A stretch of DNA of 49,129 nucleotides. It comes from Myxococcota bacterium. Lineage in GTDB: Bacteria > Myxococcota > JACRCW01. The translations under genes were made by a program, and so were the position numbers. The notes below the pieces were generated by a model that saw only the letters and a list, made by a program, of their open reading frames with translations, was not told where the DNA came from and made no database searches. Positions 35,660 through 45,333 of the stretch are shown here, piece by piece. How positions within the stretch are numbered: position 1 is the stretch's first letter; each line of letters starts with the position of its first letter. The stretch lies in the NCBI GenBank assembly GCA_040752415.1, contig JBFMGU010000049.1, positions 1 through 49,129 on the forward strand, given 5' to 3'.

Positions 35660-37812
35660 TCCGCTTGGAGGATCAGTTCTACATCCTGGCCACCTCACCC
35701 CGTGTCGACGTGCGCACGCGGGTGCTCAAGGAGGGCGACACCTTCGCCGTGTTCGACCGCTACGGCGACATCCAACCCGTGGGCACCGGTGAGCAGGGCA
35801 TCTTCCACCAGGGCACGCGCTTCCTCAGCCGCCTGGAGCTGCGCCTGGGCAAGGAGCGCCCGCTCCTCCTCAGCTCTTCCGTCAAGCAGGACAACACCCT
35901 GTTCATGGTGGACCTGGCCAACCCGGACTTCTCGCGCGAGGGTGTCGTCGAGGTCCCGCGCAACACGTTCCACGTCTTCCGCTCCACGCTGCTGTGGAAG
36001 GGCTGCTGCTTTGAGCACCTGCGCATCCGCAACTACGCGCTGCAACGTGAGACCATCAGCGTGCGCCTGCAGTTCTCCGCCGACTACAAGGACATCTTCG
36101 AGGTGCGCGGCACCGTGCGCTCCCGAAGGGGTGAGCTGCTCCCGCCCCAGGTGCATCCCCATGGCGTGCTGCTGGGCTACCGCGGCCTGGATGGCGTGGA
36201 GCGTCGCACCAGCGTGGAATGCCATCCCGCTCCCACCGCGGTGGGGCCCGACGAGATGACCCTGGAGGTCACCCTGGATGCCAAGGCGGAGGCGTCGTTC
36301 AACCTCACCATCCGCTGCATCACCGGCACGGAGCGCGTGCAGGAGGTCCGGTTCGAGGATGCCACCGCCGCCGCCACCGACGAGTACCGCGTGCGCCTGC
36401 AACGCTTCCGCCGGATGAGCACGTCCAATGAGCGCTTCAATGACTGGCTGGCGCGCTCCAGCGCGGATCTGGAGATGATGGTCACGCCCGTCAACGGACA
36501 GCTCTACCCCTACGCCGGCGTGCCGTGGTTCAGCACGGTGTTCGGCCGGGACGGGATCCTCACCGCGCTGCAGACCTTGTGGCTTGAGCCGGACATGGCC
36601 CGCGGCGTCCTGGCGCACCTTGCCGCCACGCAGGCCAAGGAGCCGGACCCCGAGCGTGATGCGGAGCCGGGCAAGATCGTCCACGAGACACGTGGGGGGG
36701 AGATGGCGGCGCTGCGCGAGATTCCCTTTGGCCTGTACTACGGCACCGTCGACGCCACGCCGCTCTTCGTGGTGCTGGCCGGCGCCTACCATGACCGCAC
36801 GCACGACGACGCCTTCCTGCGCGCGTTGTGGCCCAACATCCTGGCCGCGCTGCATTGGGTCGACACCTACGGGGACCGCGACGGCGACGGTTTCGTGGAA
36901 TACGCGCGCCGCTCCGCCACCGGCCTGGTGCAACAGGGATGGAAGGACTCCAATGACAGCGTGTTCCACCTCGACGGCGCGCTGGCCGACGCGCCCATCG
37001 CGCTGTGTGAGGTCCAGGGCTACGTGTACCAGGCCCGCGTGGCCGCGGCGCGACTGGCCGCTGCGCTGGGAGAGCATGAGCGCGCCACGCAGCTGGCCCG
37101 TCAGGCGGAGGAGCTGCGCCGGCGTTTCGAGGAGGTCTTCTGGTGTGAGGAGCTGGACACCTACGCGCTGGCGCTCGACGGGAACAAGCGCCCCTGTCGC
37201 GTGCGCACCTCCAACGCGGGGCACTGTCTGTGGTCGGGGATTGCCAGCGCGGAGCGCGCCGCGCGCGTGGGCGCCACGCTCCTGTCCGACCATTCCTTCA
37301 GCGGCTGGGGCGTGCGCACCGTGTCGTCGAAGGAGTCGCGCTACAACCCCATGAGCTACCACAACGGCTCCATCTGGCCGCACGACAACGCCATCATTGC
37401 CGCGGGACTGGCGCGCTACGGGATGAGCGGTCACGTGCTGCGGATCCTGGAGGCGCTGTTCGAGGCCAGCCAGACCGTGGAGCAGCACCGCCTCCCCGAG
37501 CTGTTCTGTGGTTTCCGACGCCGTCCCGGCGAGGGCCCCACGCTCTACCCGGTGGCTTGTGCGCCGCAGGCCTGGGCGTCCGCCGCGGTGTATTCACTCC
37601 TCCAATCCGCGCTGGGCCTGACCGTGGAGACCGCGGCGCGACGCGTGCAACTGCGCCATCCCCGCCTGCCCATCTTCCTCAGCCGTGTCACCATCAGCGG
37701 GCTTTCCGTGGGTGACGCGGAGGTGGACCTGCTGTTGCAGCGCAACAATGACGACGTCTCCGCCACCGTGCTGCAGCGGCGCGGCCAGGTGGAGGTGGCG
37801 GTCCTGAAGTAG
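35647..37812 (+). CDS. Amylo-alpha-1,6-glucosidase / glycogen-debranching family protein
   Basis: AGVPWFSTVFGRDG, EPGKIVHE, YYGTVDATPLF, QGWKDS, YHNGSIWPHDN, LPELFCG, ACAPQAW. Overlaps the GT4 stop. Confidence 0.92.
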   Translation: MDDVIRLEDQFYILATSPRVDVRTRVLKEGDTFAVFDRYGDIQPVGTGEQGIFHQGTRFLSRLELRLGKERPLLLSSSVKQDNTLFMVDLANPDFSREGVVEVPRNTFHVFRSTLLWKGCCFEHLRIRNYALQRETISVRLQFSADYKDIFEVRGTVRSRRGELLPPQVHPHGVLLGYRGLDGVERRTSVECHPAPTAVGPDEMTLEVTLDAKAEASFNLTIRCITGTERVQEVRFEDATAAATDEYRVRLQRFRRMSTSNERFNDWLARSSADLEMMVTPVNGQLYPYAGVPWFSTVFGRDGILTALQTLWLEPDMARGVLAHLAATQAKEPDPERDAEPGKIVHETRGGEMAALREIPFGLYYGTVDATPLFVVLAGAYHDRTHDDAFLRALWPNILAALHWVDTYGDRDGDGFVEYARRSATGLVQQGWKDSNDSVFHLDGALADAPIALCEVQGYVYQARVAAARLAAALGEHERATQLARQAEELRRRFEEVFWCEELDTYALALDGNKRPCRVRTSNAGHCLWSGIASAERAARVGATLLSDHSFSGWGVRTVSSKESRYNPMSYHNGSIWPHDNAIIAAGLARYGMSGHVLRILEALFEASQTVEQHRLPELFCGFRRRPGEGPTLYPVACAPQAWASAAVYSLLQSALGLTVETAARRVQLRHPRLPIFLSRVTISGLSVGDAEVDLLLQRNNDDVSATVLQRRGQVEVAVLK

Positions 37813-37817
37813 TTGGC

Positions 37818-38099
37818 CCTGCTCGCGCGAGGCGTCACGGGCCGGCGCGGCGCGAGCTTTCGGACTGCGTGTGCAAGCGCCGATGCGGTCACCGCCGCGC
37901 AGTGGGGGCGCGCAGCACCGCTTTGGTTCCGGGCTCACGCGTTCATCACCGGTCCCCGTCGGTCGGGGCCGTCACCGGCGTCACGCGAGGCCAAAGCGGT
38001 GCTGCGCGCCCCCACTGCGCAGCGGTGACCGCATGGGCGCTTGCACACGCAGTCCGAAAGCTCGCGCCGCGCCGGCCGCTGACGCCTCGCGCGAGCAGG
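37818..38099. repeat. Long inverted repeat (109-bp arms, 64-bp spacer), REPIN/MITE-like
   Basis: 37818-37926 is the near-perfect reverse complement of 37991-38099. Confidence 0.9.
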
Positions 38100-38245
38100 T
38101 CCTCTCGTGCGGCATCCGACGAGAGGGGGAGGCGTCGCGGAGGGAAGTTGCCATTCCTCCTCGCCCTTGATGGAATCACCCGACGGGCTGGGGGCAGCCC
38201 GGCGGGCCCACGGGGCGGGTCCGATTTTGCTGGGCTGGAGCGCAC

Positions 38246-39613
38246 ATGCGGGCAACCATCTTCACGTCGGTGGCGGCGGGTCTGCTGCTGTATTCCCACG
38301 CAGCCCAGGCGGTGAGCGGCTACGTGGCGCGCATTCCCAACGGCAACACCTACCGGTGCGCGCAATGCCACATCAATCCCAACGGCGGCGGCGCGCGCAC
38401 CAACTTCGGCGAGCAGGTGCGCAACAACAAGGTGGGTGGTCAGCCCAACTGGCCCGCGCTGTTCTCCCTGGACGCCGACGGCGACGGCTACACCAACGGG
38501 GAAGAGCTCGGGGACCCCTGCGGCCTCTGGACCTACGGCGCCACGCCCCAATACACCCAGGGCATCACCAAACCCTGGGACAACACCAGCGCCCCCACCG
38601 TCCACACCAACACCAACTGCCCCGTGGGCAACGTGTCCTCCAGCAGCAGCTCGTCGTCGTCTTCCTCCAGCAGCAGCAGCTCCTCGTCCTCCAGCAGCTC
38701 CTCGTCCTCCTCCAGCAGCTCGTCGTCGTCCAGCTCCGGCGGCGGGTTCGTGTCCAGCTCCAGCTCGTCGTCCTCGTCGTCCAGCAGCAGCTCGGCGTCG
38801 TCCAGCTCCAGCTCGTCGGGCGGGGTCAGCTCCTCGTCCAGCGGCTCCAGCTCGTCGGGTGGTCAGGCGGCGGAGTGCCTGGCGTACTGCCAGATGATCA
38901 TGGGTGAGTGCAGCGGGGAGAACCTGCAGTACCAGCACCTGGGGATCTGCGTGCCGTCGTGCCGGGAGGGTGTCATGCCCGCGGGACAGACCGGTGACCA
39001 GGGCGGGAACACGCTGGCGTGTCGCAAGTACCACGCGTTCGCGGCCAGCAATGACCCGGACACGCACTGCGACCACGCCGGTCCCAGCGGCGCGGACGTG
39101 TGCGGCACCGCGTGCGAGCACTACTGTGACGTCGTCAGCGCGGCGTGCGCCGGCGCCAACCAGATCTACACCGACCGCGCCGCGTGCCTGACGGCGTGCG
39201 CCGCGTTCCCCACCAGCGGTCGCCCCGTGGACAACTCCGGCGACTCCGTCTTCTGCCGCACCTACTACGCCGTGGGCGCGCTCTCCGACCCCGCCACGCA
39301 CTGTCCGCACGCCGCCGTGGATTCCGAGACGTGCGCCGGTGGCGGTGGCTCGTCGTCGGGCAGCACCGGCGGGTCCACCAGCGGGTCCACGGGCGGACCG
39401 GGTGGCTCCACCTCCAGCGGCTCGGGCGGCGTGGGCGTCGACACCGACGGAGGCGTGGGGGAATCCTCGTCGTCGGGTGGGAAGCGCAAGCGCGCCACGG
39501 TGCAGGAGGATGAGGGCCCCCTGGGGTGCAGCGCCACGGAGCGCACGCCGCTGCCTGTCTACGTCCTCGCGCTCGGCTTCGCGCTCCTGGTGATCGGCCG
39601 TCGTCGTCGTTGA
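38246..39613 (+). CDS. Secreted surface protein: temptin-like CxxCH domain, poly-Ser linker, two Cys-rich repeats, MYXO-CTERM-like anchor
   Basis: Signal peptide; IPNG...CAQCH...GGGARTNFG...LDADGDGYTNGEELGDPC..W; poly-Ser at about 38636-38857; two C..YC...C...N..Y...C...C...CR.Y.A.....P..HC.HA repeats; GCSA + TM + RRRR. Confidence 0.82.
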   Translation: MRATIFTSVAAGLLLYSHAAQAVSGYVARIPNGNTYRCAQCHINPNGGGARTNFGEQVRNNKVGGQPNWPALFSLDADGDGYTNGEELGDPCGLWTYGATPQYTQGITKPWDNTSAPTVHTNTNCPVGNVSSSSSSSSSSSSSSSSSSSSSSSSSSSSSSSSSSGGGFVSSSSSSSSSSSSSSASSSSSSSGGVSSSSSGSSSSGGQAAECLAYCQMIMGECSGENLQYQHLGICVPSCREGVMPAGQTGDQGGNTLACRKYHAFAASNDPDTHCDHAGPSGADVCGTACEHYCDVVSAACAGANQIYTDRAACLTACAAFPTSGRPVDNSGDSVFCRTYYAVGALSDPATHCPHAAVDSETCAGGGGSSSGSTGGSTSGSTGGPGGSTSSGSGGVGVDTDGGVGESSSSGGKRKRATVQEDEGPLGCSATERTPLPVYVLALGFALLVIGRRRR

Positions 39614-39617
39614 GGGC

Positions 39618-40925
39618 TCAGCCCCACCACAGGGCCAGCACGCCCAACGCGCCCGCGGACAGGATGCCCACGAACGCCAGCAGCACCCGTCGCCCAAAAG
39701 CCCACCCGCCAATGACAACGGCCACGCCTGCCTTCACCATGGTGTTGGAGGCGGTGCCCAGGATGATCGTGGTGACCGCCACCGTCGGGTCCAGGCCTTC
39801 CCGCGCCAGGTTGGCCATGGACAGCGTGATGGCGTCCACGTCGGTGGTGCCGGCCAGCACCCCCGCCAGGTAGGTCCCGCCCTGGCCCAGGTGCGTGGTG
39901 GCCAGCTTGCTCAGGAAGAGCACGGCCACGAACAGCGCGCCGAACTTCAGCGCCGAGCTGAGCTCGAACGGGTTCTGCACGTCGAGCTCACCGGTGGTGG
40001 CCGCGCTGATCTGCGCGCGACGGAAGAAGTACGCGCTGGCCAGCGCACCGGCCACCGCCATGGCCCCCAGCGGGAGGAGCAGCGGACGCACCAGCGCAAA
40101 GTGCACCACCCCCACCTCCACCAACACGCGGCCGAACATGATCGACGACGCGGAGATGATGGCCAGCGCGCAGGAGGGCGCCAGCTCCGGCTCGCGTCGG
40201 GCCCGGCCGGAGAAGGACAGGGTCACCGCCGTTGACGACACCAGACCGCCCACCAGGCCGGTGAGCCCCAGTCCCTTGCCCGGCCCCAGCGCGCGCACCG
40301 CCACGTAACCCACGAACCCGATCCCCGCGATCAGCACCACCATCCAGCCCACCTTGAACGGGTTGATGGTGCCCAGCGGGTCCATGGTGCGGTCGGGCAA
40401 CAGCGGCATCACCACCACCGCCACCACCAGGAACTTCAGCACCGCAAGGATGTCGTCGCGCGTGGTCTCGCGCGCAAAAGCGTGCAGGCGCGGTTTGAGC
40501 GAGAGGATGACGGTGGCCACCACCGCCACCGCCAGCAGCACCACGGCGCGGTGACCGGTGGGCTCCAGCAGCCCGCGTGACGTTGCCAGCGCGCCCAGCA
40601 CGTACGTCAGCAGGAACGCCACCTCGCTGGTGAGGCCGCGGTTGCGCTCCTTGCGCACGTCATCCCAGTAGGACAGCAGCAGGAATCCGCTGAGCGCCAA
40701 TCCCACCACCAGCACCAGCACGTAGCCCGCGCGCTCGGCAAGCATGCTGCACACCGCGCCCAGCAGCGCCACCAGCGGGAAGGTCCGCGCCCCGCCGGGA
40801 AACGGATGCACCTTCTCCGCCGCGGATTGCTCCCGCTCAAAGCCCACCAGCAGGCCAAGGGCCAACGCCACGCCCAACGAGCCGAACGGTTCCAGCTGAT
40901 CCATCGTCCCTGCGTCCGGCTCCAT
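39618..40925 (-). CDS. MgtC/SapB-family membrane protein with DUF4010
   Basis: LGLLVGFERE, GARTFPL, GLTSEVA, LPLLPDR..DP...INP, GGLVSSTAVT, NPFEL, DVDAITLS. Confidence 0.88.
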   Translation of the reverse strand: MEPDAGTMDQLEPFGSLGVALALGLLVGFEREQSAAEKVHPFPGGARTFPLVALLGAVCSMLAERAGYVLVLVVGLALSGFLLLSYWDDVRKERNRGLTSEVAFLLTYVLGALATSRGLLEPTGHRAVVLLAVAVVATVILSLKPRLHAFARETTRDDILAVLKFLVVAVVVMPLLPDRTMDPLGTINPFKVGWMVVLIAGIGFVGYVAVRALGPGKGLGLTGLVGGLVSSTAVTLSFSGRARREPELAPSCALAIISASSIMFGRVLVEVGVVHFALVRPLLLPLGAMAVAGALASAYFFRRAQISAATTGELDVQNPFELSSALKFGALFVAVLFLSKLATTHLGQGGTYLAGVLAGTTDVDAITLSMANLAREGLDPTVAVTTIILGTASNTMVKAGVAVVIGGWAFGRRVLLAFVGILSAGALGVLALWWG

Positions 40926-41057
40926 CGCACGCTCCCCACGCCTGCCATCACCCGCAGCCTCGGAATCTGCAAGCCACCTGCCAGTGGCGTGTGTTCCCGG
41001 GCTTGCATTGTGATGGTGTGACAGATACACTAACAACATCCCGAGGGAGGTGGCGCG

Positions 41058-42029
41058 ATGCAGGAGCGGTTTGAAGGATGCGTGGTGGGGCTTGCGGTGG
41101 GCGATGCGCTGGGGTTCGCCACGGAGTTCCGTCGTCGGGATGACATCCTGGCTTCGTTCGGGCCGGCGGGGGTCACGGACTTCGTGGGCATCCAGGATGC
41201 GCGTTGGCGGAGTCGCACCGCGGTGCTGGGAGACCGCCACCCGCCGGGCACCTACAGCGACGACACACAGATGTCCCTGGCGGTGGCGGAGGCGCTGCTG
41301 GCCTGTGGAGATGCGTCGCTGGAGGTGCTCATGGAGCGGGTGGCGCGGGAGTTCGTGGCGTGGAGCCGCTCACCGGAGAACAACCGTGCGCCGGGCAACA
41401 CGTGCATGACCGCGTGCGCCAACCTGGCGCGGGGGCTGCCGTGGCGTCGTGCGGGCGTCTCCGACTCCAAGGGCTGCGGCTCGGCCATGCGGGTGGCGCC
41501 CATTGGACTGCGTTACGCGAACGACCGCGCGCGTCTGCTGGAGGTGGCGCGGGCCAGCAGCGTGGTGACGCACGGTCACGACGCGGCGGTGGAGGGCGCG
41601 GCGGCAGCGGCCCTGCTGGTGGCCCTGGCGCTCGAGGGGGCGTCCCCCGCGCGGATGTACGACGAGATCATGCGCGAATGCGCCCCACGCTCCGCGGATT
41701 TCCGGACGTGCCTGGAGAAGCTGCCGGGATTGCTGGAGGCGCCGCCGGAGCGGGCGTTGTCCCGTCGGGGCCTGGGCGAGTCCTGGGTGGCGGAAGAGGC
41801 GGTGGCCGCGGCGTTGTACTGCGTTTGGCGCAACCCGGATGACTTCTCCGCCGGCGTGTTGATGGCCGCCAACACCGACGGGGATTCCGACAGCATCGCC
41901 TGCATCGCGGGTTCCATCCTGGGCGCGCGCCTCGGTCTATACACGATTCCGTCGTCGTGGCGGAGCCAGGTGGAGAACAGCGCGCGCCTGCACCAGGTGG
42001 CCCGTGCCCTCCACGCCACGGCGCGCTGA
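41058..42029 (+). CDS. ADP-ribosylglycohydrolase (DraG/ARH family)
   Basis: GLAVGDALG, YSDDTQM, GCGSAMRVAP, VTHGH, GDSDSIACIAG. GGAGG RBS. Confidence 0.93.
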   Translation: MQERFEGCVVGLAVGDALGFATEFRRRDDILASFGPAGVTDFVGIQDARWRSRTAVLGDRHPPGTYSDDTQMSLAVAEALLACGDASLEVLMERVAREFVAWSRSPENNRAPGNTCMTACANLARGLPWRRAGVSDSKGCGSAMRVAPIGLRYANDRARLLEVARASSVVTHGHDAAVEGAAAAALLVALALEGASPARMYDEIMRECAPRSADFRTCLEKLPGLLEAPPERALSRRGLGESWVAEEAVAAALYCVWRNPDDFSAGVLMAANTDGDSDSIACIAGSILGARLGLYTIPSSWRSQVENSARLHQVARALHATAR

Positions 42030-42068
42030 CCGGTTGCGCGGTGGTGGCGGTATGCTCGCGCGCCACGG

Positions 42069-43163
42069 ATGACCAGGCGCAACGTCCTCTTCCACATCAG
42101 TGGGCACGGCTACGGTCACGCGGCGCGCTCCGCGGAGGTCATCCGCGCGCTCCGACGACACGCGCACGTCGGCGAGGTCCACGTGCGCACGCGCGCGCCC
42201 GCCTGGCTCATCCAGGAGACCGCGGGCCACGACGTGCCGGTCCACCCCGTCGCCCTTGACGCCGGCGTGATGGAGCAGGACCCGCTGACCATTGACGTCG
42301 GTGGAACGCTGCGCCGCGCGCGGGAGCTGGTGGGCCAGCGGCGGGCACTCGTCGAGCAGGAGGTGCGCGCCCTGCGCGCGCTGAACGTGGCGCTGGTGGT
42401 GGCGGACATTCCGTGGCTGGCGGGGGAGGTGGCGGAAGCCGCGGGGGTTCCCTGCGTGGCGCTGGGCAACTTCACGTGGGACTGGATCTACGCGGGGTAC
42501 CAGGCCACGCACCCGGAGTTCGTCGAGGTGATGGAGGCCGCGCGGGCCGGGTACGCGCGCATGAGCTGCTGGCTGCGGCTGCCCTTCCACCACGCGGCCC
42601 ACGCCTTCCCGCGCGTCCACGACGTTCCACTCATCGTGCGGCAGCGTTCCCGCTCCGCGGCGGACACGCTGCAGGCGCTGGGTATCCCGTCCCACGACGC
42701 GCGGCCGCGCATCCTCCTGGGCCTGCGCGGCGGCGTCGACGACGACACGGTGCGGCGCGCGCTGCAATCCGCGCCGGACCTGCTGTTCATCTCCGCCACG
42801 CCCACCACCCTGGCGGCGCCCAACCTCGCGGTCCCTGCGTCGTCGTCGGGGTTGACCTTCACCGACCTCCTCGGTGTCTCGCGCGTGGCGCTCAGCAAGC
42901 TGGGGTACGGGACGGTGGCGGAGGCCATGGCGTCGGGCGTGGCGGTGTTGTGGCCGCGGCGCACTGGCTTCCCGGAAGACGCCATCTTTGACGCGGAGCT
43001 TTCACGGCACCTGGCCCACGCCGAGATTCCGCGCGCGGACTTCCGCGCCGGCCACTGGGCGCCGCACCTGCGGAGGCTGGTGGAGCTGCCCGCGCCGCCG
43101 CGCACGCTCGCCCTGGACGGAGCGGAGCACTGCGCGCGGTTCCTGGGTGGGTTGTTGCGTTGA
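42069..43163 (+). CDS. GT-B fold protein similar to the N-terminal domain of L-arabinokinase
   Basis: ISGHGYGHAAR, VVADIP, NFTWDWIY, SKLGYGTVAE, R.GFPE. Confidence 0.72.
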   Translation: MTRRNVLFHISGHGYGHAARSAEVIRALRRHAHVGEVHVRTRAPAWLIQETAGHDVPVHPVALDAGVMEQDPLTIDVGGTLRRARELVGQRRALVEQEVRALRALNVALVVADIPWLAGEVAEAAGVPCVALGNFTWDWIYAGYQATHPEFVEVMEAARAGYARMSCWLRLPFHHAAHAFPRVHDVPLIVRQRSRSAADTLQALGIPSHDARPRILLGLRGGVDDDTVRRALQSAPDLLFISATPTTLAAPNLAVPASSSGLTFTDLLGVSRVALSKLGYGTVAEAMASGVAVLWPRRTGFPEDAIFDAELSRHLAHAEIPRADFRAGHWAPHLRRLVELPAPPRTLALDGAEHCARFLGGLLR

Positions 43164-43164
43164 G

Positions 43165-45309
43165 TCAGCCGGGTCGGCGCGCGGCGCGGTCGATCAGGGC
43201 CTGCAGCCGCATCACCAGGTCCTTGGACTGGAAGGGCTTCTTGATGAACTCCACCATGCCGTGCTCCAGCGTGGTGGTCTCCGCCTGGTCGTGGTAGCCG
43301 CTCGCCAGCAGCACCGGGACGTCGACACGGGTGGCCCGCATCAGCCGCAGCGCCTCCCGCCCGCCCATGCGCGGCATGGTCATGTCCAGCAGCACCGCGG
43401 TGAACCTTCCTTCCTCCTGGGCGAAGATCTCCACCGCCTCACGGCCATCCGCCGCCGTCACCACCTGGAAGCCCTTCCGCTCCAGCATGGCGCGCAGCAC
43501 GTTGCGCACGCCTGGCTCGTCGTCAACCACCAGCACCCGGCCCAGTCCGCGCGGCGCCTCCATGGGGCTGGGACGCTGCGGCGCGCCCAGCTCCGGCGCG
43601 GCGGGCAACAGGATGCGGAAGGTGGTGCCCACGCCCTGCTGCGAGTCCACGCCAATGGCGCCGTGGTGGCTGCGCACAATGCCCAGGACGGCGGACAGGC
43701 CCAGCCCACGGCCGGTGAACTTGGTGGTGTAGAACGGCTCGAAGATGCGGCTCAGCGTCTCCGCGTCCATGCCGCAGCCGGTATCCACCACCTCCAGGCA
43801 CGCGTGCAGGCCGGTGGCGTCGGGCTGCGCCAGGATCATCCCGCGCAACAGGGCCGCATCCACCTGGCACGGCGTGGTGCGCACCGTGATGGTGCCCTGC
43901 CTCTCGCCCAGCGCGTCGGAGGCGTTGATGATCAGGTTCATCACCACCTGGCGGAGCTGGGTGGCGTCGGCCATCACCAGGGGCGTTCCGTCGTCAAACG
44001 CGGTCTTCAGCACGGCGCCGCGGGAGATGGACACCTGCAGCAGGCCCGCCATCTCCTTTACCAGCGCGCGGAAGTCCACGGGCTCCATGTGCAGGCGGCT
44101 GCGACCGGAATACACCAGCAGCTGTTGCACCAGCTCGCTGGCACGCTGCGCCGCCGTCTCAATCTGGCGCAGGCTTTCGCGCGCCACGCCGGGCGGCACC
44201 TCCGCTTCCGCCAGGCCCGCGTGCCCCAGGATGGTCATGAGCAGGTTGTTGAAGTCATGCGCAATGCCGCCCGCCATCACGCCCAGGCTCTCCATCCGCT
44301 GCGCGTGCTGCACCTGCGCTTCCAGCTTGCGACGCTCCGTCTCCATCACCAGCCGTTCCAGCTCGGCGGCGGCGCGCGAGGCAAAGATGCGCAACGTGGA
44401 CATCACCCGCTTCACGTCGTCGACCGGGTTGCGGAACATCACCACCACCAGACCACGCACCACGCCGGAGGAATCCGCCAGCGGCGTCCCGAAGTAGGCC
44501 TGGATGCCCAGCTCGCCAAGCATGTCGTCGCGCGGGAAGAGGCGTTGCACGCCGGCGGGGTGCTCACACGGGTTGCCGCGGATCACGTCGTCGCACGGGG
44601 TGTCGGGGAGCGCGTAGGAAACCTCGTCGCGGATTTGGCCATCCTGGAACACGGCGCGGCTGCGCACCACGTCGCGCTTCTCCCCCACCAGCTCACCCAC
44701 CATGGCAAAGTCCGCGCCCAGGGTGCGTGCCAGGTAGGAGACCAGCAGGCGGAAGAACTCCTGGCCGGTGGCCGCGGAGACGCCCTCGGCAATGTTGCGG
44801 ATGTTCTCCTCGGCGCGCTTGCGCTCGGTGATGTCCAGGAACGTCACCACCACGCCCTGCATGGATTGGCCGGGAGGCTTGATGGGGACGGCGGTGAACA
44901 GGCCCCAGAACACGCGCCCGTCGGGACGGCGCACGCCAATCAGCTTGGCCGGCTGCGGCTCTCCCGTCACCAGGCACCGCGCCACCGGGTAGTCCGCCAC
45001 GGGGCACGGAGAGCCGTCCTCAAGGATGGTCTCGTTGCCAAAGTCGCTGATGAAGCGCTTGTGCAGCTCGTCGTAGGACAGGCCCAGGAACTGCTGCGCG
45101 ACGAGGTTGGCCCGCAGGATGGAGCCGTCCATGCCCACCTGCACAATGCCACCCGGCACGTTCTCGATGATGCGTCGGTTGAGCTCCTCGCTGCGGCTGA
45201 GCTCCGCGTCGTCACGCGACCCGGTCACCGGTCCTGGCTTGTCCGCAGGCTCCAACGCATCACCCTCCCTGGGGCGCGCACCTGTACAGTCCGACACGCA
45301 GCGTGGCAA
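43165..45309 (-). CDS. Cytoplasmic hybrid histidine kinase (PAS-GAF-HisKA-HATPase-REC)
   Basis: PAS ending DITERK; GAF segment; AGGIAHDFNNLL; NASDA; DTGCGM; GRGLGL; C-terminal VVDDE...LDMTMP receiver. Exact start uncertain. Confidence 0.92.
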   Translation of the reverse strand: MPRCVSDCTGARPREGDALEPADKPGPVTGSRDDAELSRSEELNRRIIENVPGGIVQVGMDGSILRANLVAQQFLGLSYDELHKRFISDFGNETILEDGSPCPVADYPVARCLVTGEPQPAKLIGVRRPDGRVFWGLFTAVPIKPPGQSMQGVVVTFLDITERKRAEENIRNIAEGVSAATGQEFFRLLVSYLARTLGADFAMVGELVGEKRDVVRSRAVFQDGQIRDEVSYALPDTPCDDVIRGNPCEHPAGVQRLFPRDDMLGELGIQAYFGTPLADSSGVVRGLVVVMFRNPVDDVKRVMSTLRIFASRAAAELERLVMETERRKLEAQVQHAQRMESLGVMAGGIAHDFNNLLMTILGHAGLAEAEVPPGVARESLRQIETAAQRASELVQQLLVYSGRSRLHMEPVDFRALVKEMAGLLQVSISRGAVLKTAFDDGTPLVMADATQLRQVVMNLIINASDALGERQGTITVRTTPCQVDAALLRGMILAQPDATGLHACLEVVDTGCGMDAETLSRIFEPFYTTKFTGRGLGLSAVLGIVRSHHGAIGVDSQQGVGTTFRILLPAAPELGAPQRPSPMEAPRGLGRVLVVDDEPGVRNVLRAMLERKGFQVVTAADGREAVEIFAQEEGRFTAVLLDMTMPRMGGREALRLMRATRVDVPVLLASGYHDQAETTTLEHGMVEFIKKPFQSKDLVMRLQALIDRAARRPG

Positions 45310-45333
45310 TCCCCGGAAAAACGCCAGGAGACC

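Noticed and set aside
38636..38857. DNA microsatellite or contingency locus
   Set aside because: Mixed TCC/TCG/AGC codons show a protein-level poly-Ser linker, not a slippage tract.
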